Assembly: GCA_002269645.1 (NCBI GenBank)
Contig: NIVC01003615.1
Span: 23,620-87,619 of the forward strand
Direction of reading: 5' to 3'
DNA from: Macrostomum lignano
Lineage: Eukaryota
Length of the DNA: 64,000 bases
The position numbers were made by a program, and so were the translations under genes. A model generated the notes under the pieces. It saw only the letters and a program-made list of their open reading frames with translations. It was not told where the DNA came from and made no database searches. Position 1 is the first letter of the stretch, and each line of letters begins with the position of its first letter. Shown in pieces: positions 56,717 to 64,000 of the stretch.

Positions 56717-59700
56717 TCATTCAGTTTTCACAGCTTCCAGCAAAATCAGGTTCTCCACCGGTCGGCGAATCAAGCATCTCCTGGGACCGCGGCCAGGTCT
56801 GGGCGCGACTCGAACCGTTGCAGATCTCACCGCCCCGTCTCGGCCAGGATGCACCGACTCGATGACACCGGTACACCAGGTAAGCCTCGGCTGCCCGGCC
56901 TCACCTTTCACCAGGACGATGTCGCCGGCCGTAGCTTCTCGAGTTACGCCATGCTTGGGACTTAGATTATGTTCTCGCAGGCTGGTCAGATACTGTCGCT
57001 CCCAGCAGTCCCAGAAGGCTTGCAGTCTGGCGCGCATTCGCCTCAGCAGTGTTGGCAACGGCAGCAGGAGCTCGGGCGTACCGCTAGAAGTTGGCTCCGC
57101 CGTCAGCCGTTGCAGGACCAGAAAGTGCGCCGGCGTCAGGACTTCTCCGTTGGTTTCGGCATCCACGTAGAGTAGAGGCCGACTGTTGAGCACCGCTTCC
57201 ACCTCCATTAGCACTGTCCGCAGTTCGTCCAGCGTCAGGGTTGCGTTGAGGATGGTCTTGCGCAAAGCCAGCTTGATGTCCCTCATCAGTCGCTCCCAGA
57301 AGCCTCCTTGCCACGGTGCGCGTTCGACGATGAATTGCCAGGTGATTTTCCTGGTGGCGCAGAAGTCTTGAACTTGTCGACTCTCCGACGCCTGAAGTAT
57401 TTTGGCAGCCTTGGTGAATGTCTTGGCGTTGTCACTGATGAGATTGGGAATTCCTCTCCGAGCACAGAACCGTCGGAGGGCTTGCAGGAAGGTCTCGGTC
57501 GTCAAGTCGCTCACCAGTTCCAGGTGAAGGGCTCGCGTGGCCGCACAGGTGAAAACCAGGATATAGCCTTTCTCGATCTCTGTGTCCTCCATCAGTTTGA
57601 CAGGTTCGCAGTAGTCGAGTCCGCACCACTCAAAGGCTCTCCCAGACTTCACGCGTGCTTCAGGTAAGGCTGGGATTTGCTTCACTGCATATGGTAGTCC
57701 TTGAAGACGTCTGCAGACAAAGCAACTTCTCAGGATCGACTTGACTCGCTGTCTTCCTCTGATTAGCCAGAATCTCTCTCGCAGCTTACAAAGAGTGCTG
57801 GGCACCCCCCCCGTGCAGAACCTTGGCGTGAGCGTCCCAGATGAGAAGAAGCTCCAGGTGTGACTTGCTCGGGATCAGAATCGGACAGTCAACCTCGGCA
57901 GAGGCGTTGGACTCCTTCAATCGACCTTGGCTTCGGAGAATACTCTTGTTGTCGAGAAAAAGATTCAACTGCCTGCTGAGATCTGTACTGGCCGCTGACT
58001 CCTGAATGTGAGCAATTTCGGCTTGAAAACTCCGTCTCTGCACTTCTCGCAGCCAGCGCTCTTCAGCTTCAAGGACTTCTGCTGCAGCCAGTGGTCCCAC
58101 TCGCTCCTCCCCCGCTGCAGAAGTTCTAGCTTGCAGGTTTCTGACGAAGCGTAGGACATAGGCTGTCACCCGAATCAGCTTGATCCAGGATGAGAAGTTC
58201 GTGTCATTGAGAACTTCCTGTAGACTGATGTCAGGACCGGCTTCAGTTAGCAGAACAACTGGACGGTTCGCTTGTGTCTTCTGCTCCTCGGCAACTGCCG
58301 CTGTCGGTAAGCTGAGAAAGGATTGGTCGGGCCAATCGTCAGGAGGTCGTGCCAGCCAGTCTGGACCGTGCCACCAGCTGTCGTCCGCCTTCAACTTGCT
58401 CGCTGATGTTCCTCGAGATGCAACGTCCGCCGGATTCTCCTCGCCTGGGACATGTCTCCAGGCATCCTCTGGCACCAGGCGGCGGATCTCCGTCACCCGA
58501 TTATGAACAAAGAGCTTCCAGGGTCTGTGCTGCCGGATCCAGTAGAGCGTGTCGGCACTGTCTGTCCAGCAAAACACCTGGCGAACCTGAGGATACTGAC
58601 TCATGGATGATGTCAACAGTCTGGCGAGTATCAAGGCACCCAGGAGTTCGAGCCGAGGAATTGAAAGAACCGACAGTGGAGCCACTCTCGCCTTGGCGGC
58701 CACCAGGTTGCAGCTGACGGAACCATCGGTGTACTGCACTCGCAGGTAAAGACACGCCGCATAGAATTTGATTGACGCATCACAGAACCCATGCAGCTGT
58801 ATCTCCTCGACCTCCTTCGTCGCCGAAAGCACCAACCTTGGAACTTGAAATCGACCTGCCAGCATCTCCTGCAACCACTTCAGCCACTGCTGCTTAATCG
58901 GCTCCTTTAGCGGGCAGTCCCAAGCGATCTTTTCAACGCACAGCTTCTGGAACATCGATTTCGGCAACGTAAGCAGCGGAACCAGGAAGCCCAGAGGATC
59001 GTAGACACGGGCCAGCAGCTGTAGCACGACACGCTTGGAGGGCGACGCCTTGAGCAAATCTTCTGGCGGAGAAAACTGCAGCACGAACACGTCCGATCCT
59101 GTCTCCCATCGCAGCCCGAGGACTTTTGACGATACGCCATCTTCGCCCAAGGAGGCGGCTGAATAGCTGGAGGGGTCCTCCGTTATGTCCTTTGTCACCG
59201 CCGACAACGCCGGAGCAAGAACATCACTGTCAAGTGTGCTGGCGCGAACCGCTTTCAATACATTCTTGCTGTTGGACTGCCAGTGTCGCAGATTCATTCC
59301 AGCCTGTTGGAATATGTGCCGGGATTTTTGGATGAGATCCAGGGCCTGCTGTTCATCCACGCACCCAGAGATCAGGTTGTCCACATAGATTTCTTTGGAC
59401 ACCTTATCCACGAACTCTGCATGCGGGCCTCGGTGAGATGCCAAGTGGTGTTGAATGACAGTCTCCAGGACGGCAGGTGAGCAGGTGAGTTCGAACACCA
59501 GAGCAGCGTAGCGCAGAACAACGAGAGGTGAATCAGCTTGACTGGGATCCCGTGGCCAGAGGAATCGTAGAGCATCGCGGTCGTCTTCTGCAATTCGGAT
59601 CTGCAAAAAAGCCTTCTCAATATCGGCAGTCAAGGCGATCGGATGAAGTCGAAATGCCTGAAGCAGTCGCGGAATCTCGGCCAACGAACAGGTTCCTGTT

Positions 59701-60831
59701 TCCAGACAGTCATTCAGCGATGGACTGCACTGATCTCGCTTGGCACTCGCGTCGAAAACCACTCGAACTTTGGTCGATTCAGCTTCAGACGGATTACGGC
59801 TCGGTGGGGTAGGTAGTGGATGAGATCGCTGGTCCCATCTGGAGCTTCTTCGACTACGCCAGCTTCCTTCTGACTGGTCAGAATGCGGTGGTACTCCTGA
59901 AGTAGCGCAGGCTCACGACGCAGCCTCGTCAGATTGGTCTTTAGTCTCTTGAACGCTACCTCGAAGTTGTCGGGCAATCTTAATTCCTTTTTGGGAATCT
60001 TCCACGGCAGCTGAACTGAGTAGCGACCCTCTTGGAACTGGGCATTCAGAGTCAGTGGACGCTGATCAGGCTCGGCTGCACTTCTGATGCCGAGACCTTC
60101 TAAAGTCCAGAACGCCTCGATGGTGCTGCTGTCCAGACCTTTCTCCGTTCCTTGAGCACAGCAGAGAAGAACCTGCTCTGACCTGGTCTCTAGCTCACTT
60201 GCGGCGAACCCATCTGACAGTGACCCGCACAGCAACCAACCGAGCTGACTGGATACGGCAACTGGACCGGAGCCGACCTCTGAGCGAATCACTTGACCTG
60301 TGACAGGTCGTAGAATTGGTCAGCTCCGATGAGGATACTGATCTCGGGATTCTGTTCACCACCGATGTCCCAGTCTGCCATGTCGAGGTGTTGAAAGTGC
60401 TTCATGCACAAGCTGCTGACAACTGGCTGATGAGAGCAGATGTAAGGCACTGTGTTGGCGCGCACTGTGAACTGGGGCGGTGCTGTCAGATTTCCGAAGC
60501 TTGAACTCGACCATCGCAGTCTGCAGCACCTTGGCCTCTGTGCCACCGAATGTTGTCTCTCTGCCAAGCTGGTCAAGATGAACGAACGGTTGCTTGCAGA
60601 GTCAAAGAGAATTCGCACCGGAGTCTCCTGATTGTTAACAGTCGAAATCAGTACAGCTCCCGCTGTTGGAAGGATCACTGTTTGAGCTTTTGTCACCATA
60701 GCCATGGACTTCACTTCTTGACTCTTCACATTCTGTGCAGCAGCCTGCTCGGACTTCTTCCGGTCTTCTCCCACCTTTCCAAGTGTGGAGCCGGGTGCCT
60801 TCGGTCCATCCTTACCCTGCAGCTTCTCCAT
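56717..60831 (-). pseudogene. BEL/Pao pol (protease, RT, RNase H, integrase) split by frameshifts
   Basis: ILFDSASNRSFI; YLPHRAVI; ADIEKAFLQI; YVDN (59376-59387); LHGFCDAS; KARVAPL..LSIPRLELLGA; GLDY; PWQGGFWERL; RPVENLILLE. Spread over four ORFs. Confidence 0.93.
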
Positions 60832-60838
60832 GCGTGCG

Positions 60839-62212
60839 CTACAGACTTGGGTGATGCTTCATCTGGCAGAATTCACATTGCTTCTTGTGGTAGCAGGTCT
60901 TGACGCTGTGTCCCTTGCAGAGACAGCTGAAGCAACGCCTCTGCTCCTTCAAAAACTGGAGTCGTGCCGCAACGTCTACCAGGCGAGTGCACTTCTCTGG
61001 AGCATGTTCAGTTTCGCAGAAGGGACAAGCCGTGCTGACCTTTTTGACCTTCGTGTGAAGCGCAGCCACTGTGCCGCCATCCCTTGTCTGTTTCTCACCA
61101 GTAGTCTTGGACGCTCCATTGGAACCGGACGTCTGCCCTGCAGCTCCAACGGCCGCCTCCTCCCGGACTAAAATCTCCATTTCCAAGACCTGCAGAAACT
61201 CCGTCACAGAATCTAAGCCATTGCCATCCCTCATCTGCGACAAGCTGCTACCAAAGGAATAACCGACGGAAGCAATCCGAGCAGTTCTCAGCATCCCGAG
61301 ACGAACGACTTCCGGCAGCTTCGCCAGCAAGTTGGGCAGCAACATGGACTCGTAAGATTCGACACTCACCCCGAGATTCGTCAGACTGCGGACATTTCCA
61401 TTGACTTGGTCGTAGAAATTCCTCAGGTGCTGTGCCGACGAACTGGAGCAGGTCAGCACCGAGAACTTTGCCAGGTGCTCGCGCACGGCTCCGTTGCGGG
61501 ATCCAAATCGTCGTTGCAGGTTGTCGATGGCGATATGGTAGTTGTCCTTCGTGATGTTGAGACCAGCGATCGAGTTTCGGGCTTCCCCAGACAGACACGA
61601 CTGCAGGTAGCTGAATTTGTTGACGACACTCAGGCTCGGGTTGTCATGGATACTGGAGTTGAAGCGGTCCCAGAATTCCGTCCATTGGGTCCGATCGCCA
61701 CTGAATGACGGTGGCGGCAGTTTTGGCAACCTGATGGCAGTCTGAGTCCTTGTCGTTGAAGAATTCTCTTCCGAAGACTTGGACGAAGTCGTCGTCTGTA
61801 TGGCTGTATTCTGCAGCAGATTTGTTGCCTGCGGCGTGCCGGTCCGCGCGGTCTGAAGCTCCTGGAGCCGTCTGGTGAGGTTCGAGATCAATTTGCCAGC
61901 CAGCAGGTCGTACTCCATTGTCGTCTCTGCTTCAGCCTGCACGTCCTTCTCGTCAACCTCCGCGGCGAGCTCTTCATCTGCTGCTTGGAGCTGCTGCTTC
62001 TTGAACCGTAGAGCCTCTAGAACGCTGTCGATTTCATCTTCAGCAGCATCTGTTTTGAGCAGGTCTTCGGCTTTCTGTGCCAGTCTGGTGACCGTCGCTC
62101 GTAACACGCCTCTCTTCCTGGAGTCCATGCTGTTGTTGAAAAATCGCTGAGTCACTGTAGCACTCTTGCGCTCACTGCTTGATTTTACTGTGATTTTTGG
62201 TTCGGGCGCCAT
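60839..62212 (-). CDS. BEL/Pao gag (DUF1759-like domain plus three Cys/His knuckles)
   Basis: RLPKLPPPSFSGD..W.EFWD.F, KFSYLQSCL, CPFCETEH..C, CFSCLCKGH..C, CEFCQMKHHPSL. Probable start MDSRK at about 62130. Confidence 0.9.
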   Translation of the reverse strand: MAPEPKITVKSSSERKSATVTQRFFNNSMDSRKRGVLRATVTRLAQKAEDLLKTDAAEDEIDSVLEALRFKKQQLQAADEELAAEVDEKDVQAEAETTMEYDLLAGKLISNLTRRLQELQTARTGTPQATNLLQNTAIQTTTSSKSSEENSSTTRTQTAIRLPKLPPPSFSGDRTQWTEFWDRFNSSIHDNPSLSVVNKFSYLQSCLSGEARNSIAGLNITKDNYHIAIDNLQRRFGSRNGAVREHLAKFSVLTCSSSSAQHLRNFYDQVNGNVRSLTNLGVSVESYESMLLPNLLAKLPEVVRLGMLRTARIASVGYSFGSSLSQMRDGNGLDSVTEFLQVLEMEILVREEAAVGAAGQTSGSNGASKTTGEKQTRDGGTVAALHTKVKKVSTACPFCETEHAPEKCTRLVDVAARLQFLKEQRRCFSCLCKGHSVKTCYHKKQCEFCQMKHHPSL

Positions 62213-62434
62213 GTTAAAGAAATAATCAAGTCTAATAAATCTGAGGGTTAGACTTTAACAAAAAAACGGGTAAATGAGCCCTGTGGCTAAATTATTGCTT
62301 ATTCTGACTCAACAACGCCTCACGCACATCAACCCCACCCCAACACACTCTGAGACGGGGACCGCCAAGTGTACACTTGCGACGACGCTACACATAGCAG
62401 AGGGTCGGTACGCAGGCACTCCAAATCCAATACA
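62212..62434 (-). repeat. 5' LTR of the BEL/Pao element (223 bp)
   Basis: Paired with 56111-56364; followed on the minus strand by the PBS. Confidence 0.95.
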
Positions 62435-62469
62435 GAAGCTAACACAGCAAAATACATTGTCAGCCATGC

Positions 62470-63910
62470 AGTCAAGCAAGTCAAGCGGGGTAAAACAACG
62501 TCACAGGGCGCGCGTTTCAGAGCCTTGGCGCGAACGTAGGCCGCACCGCCGGCAATGTCTGGGGCGCCGGCATCAGCCAGCAGGCAGTCAACGAAACGCC
62601 GAGTGCGCGCTTGTCCCCGCTGGTAGGGTGCCTGCAGGCTGCAGCGTCAGCAGCAGCAACAGCAGCACCTCCTGCACCGCCTGTAGTCAGTAGGACTCAT
62701 CTCGGATGAAATCCGGCCTGCCAGCTGGAGTCGGCGCAAAAGTTCGCTGGGACGGAACAGCCCGGTGCCCGTGGCGTAGGCAAGGGGGGTACGGGGATGT
62801 ATCCCCCCGTGGGCCTGGTCGGTGGGTGTAAGAAATTGATTTATGGCGCTTAATTTTCCTGTGAACTGCTCACTGTGGCCAGCAAGTATAAGTAGCAGCA
62901 AGCTACTCATATCCCTGCATCCACCCGTGAGAAATTCCTGGCTACGCCCCTGCCCGGTGCGGCGACTGAGTACCGCATTGGTGACTCGCTCGTAGCAGAT
63001 TTTAAAGGCGGCGCGCAGCAGGCCAGCCTGCGCCGCATCGACTAGCTGCTCGAGCGAATCCGTCAGCGTCCAGGTCTCGGCGTCCAGCGTCCAGGCTGTA
63101 CAACAGAACGGTCTCGATCACCGCCTGGAACAACGCCGCTCTCTGGCGGTTGGGCATGGCTTCGGACTGCAGGACAGCATTCACAGAGCGAAAGGCAGCC
63201 CAAGCAAGTCCACGGCAACGTCGCAGGTCCTCGCGGACGTCAGGCACCAGACCGCCGAGGTAGACGAACTGCTGACAGCACGAAGCTTCGTCACCTGCCC
63301 GTCGTAGGCATAGAATTGCAGCCTCGAGATCATCTGGCATTCAGAGCACGACGGTCTTCTGCGTGTTGACCACCAGGCCGATGCTCGCCGCAACGCTCAC
63401 CAGCCGGTCCAGCTGGAACTGGGTGTCCTAGACGGTCGAGGACAGCTTGCAGGGCGAGATCGTCGGCGTAGCCAAGCACGCTGAGCCGACTCTCCGGTTA
63501 GCATCGACATACACGTTGCTGCAGCTAGCAGGAAGAGCGTTCCGCAGCACCCAGTCAAGCACCAGGACGAACACGAACGGCGCAAGCATATCTCCCCGAA
63601 GCACTCCAGAGGATTTCTCAACGAAATCTGATAGACGTCCGATGTCAGCACGGCATCGCTCGTGCCATGATACGTACAGCGCCATGACAGCGAGTCAGCT
63701 CTGGCACGTCGTATGCACGAAGCACTATTCAGAGCACACGGCCCGATCACGACCGAGTTGAAAGCTGATATCCTACATATAAGTCAAAAAGCTAGAAAAC
63801 AATAGTTTTGACCTGGCAGGTCCGCGCTTCTTGATGACTCGGCGAAGAGCCAGGATCTGCGACACTGTGCCGCGATAGGGCCGATTGAAACCCGTTCTGC
63901 TCAGACCGCA
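62470..63910 (-). mobile_element. Degenerate RTE-type LINE (RT and C-terminus), interrupted by a hAT MITE
   Basis: EQNGF..RGTVSQILALRRVI, GVLRGDMLAPFVFVLVLDWVLR, GYADD (YADD at 63459-63470), FVYLGGLVPDVREDLRR, RRFVDCLLADAG; frameshifted. Confidence 0.9.
62769..62952. mobile_element. Non-autonomous hAT-type MITE (184 bp)
   Basis: 8-bp TSD CCCGGTGC (62761-62768 and 62953-62960); imperfect TIRs CCGTGGCGTAGGCAAG and CAGGGGCGTAGCCAGG. Confidence 0.85.
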
Positions 63911-64000
63911 AATACGGATTCAGTAACTGGCTGGAAAGACGATATACATGTAAATGTTGCAGCTTCCGGTTGAAAAATCCAAGACTGCAGGCAGATAGAT

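Larger units (their letters stand above)
56111..62434 (-). mobile_element. Full-length BEL/Pao LTR retrotransposon (frameshifted), 6324 bp
   Basis: LTRs 62212-62434 and 56111-56364 (TG...CA); 5-bp TSD GAAGC (56106-56110, 62435-62439); PBS TGGCGCCCGAAC (62200-62211); PPT AGGGGGAG beside the 3' LTR; domain order gag-PR-RT-RH-INT. Confidence 0.97.

Noticed and set aside
60838-60845. Programmed frameshift or readthrough at the BEL gag-pol junction
   Set aside because: No slippery heptamer is present. A 2-bp TG deletion restores the expected HHxSLC and a single polyprotein, which is the usual BEL/Pao arrangement.

Overview
Eukaryotic (invertebrate metazoan) genomic DNA. It has GT-AG spliced genes with GC-rich exons, introns inflated by many unrelated minisatellites, and several retroelements. 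The style fits a free-living flatworm such as Macrostomum, but that is inference only. Genes in order: (1) a 5'-truncated, at least 1107-aa protein fusing nine 33-aa Cys/Trp helical repeats and canonical ankyrin repeats to a cGAS-like (Mab-21/cGLR) nucleotidyltransferase whose catalytic residues look intact; (2) TMEM181; (3) an unrecognised multi-exon gene; (4) a bacterial/plant-type wax ester synthase/DGAT; (5) actin; (6) an intronless cytosolic sulfotransferase; (7) proteasome beta5; (8) a CerS1-like ceramide synthase; (9) a C6orf89-like protein. Mobile DNA: a full-length frameshifted BEL/Pao LTR retrotransposon (both LTRs, PBS, PPT, 5-bp TSD), RTE, R1/LOA-like and Penelope relics, a hAT MITE with an 8-bp TSD, and two long inverted repeats. 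The best candidate for an undescribed system is the ankyrin-repeat cGAS-like receptor at 2-3685. All gene models were built by hand from splice signals and reading phase; no database searches were run.
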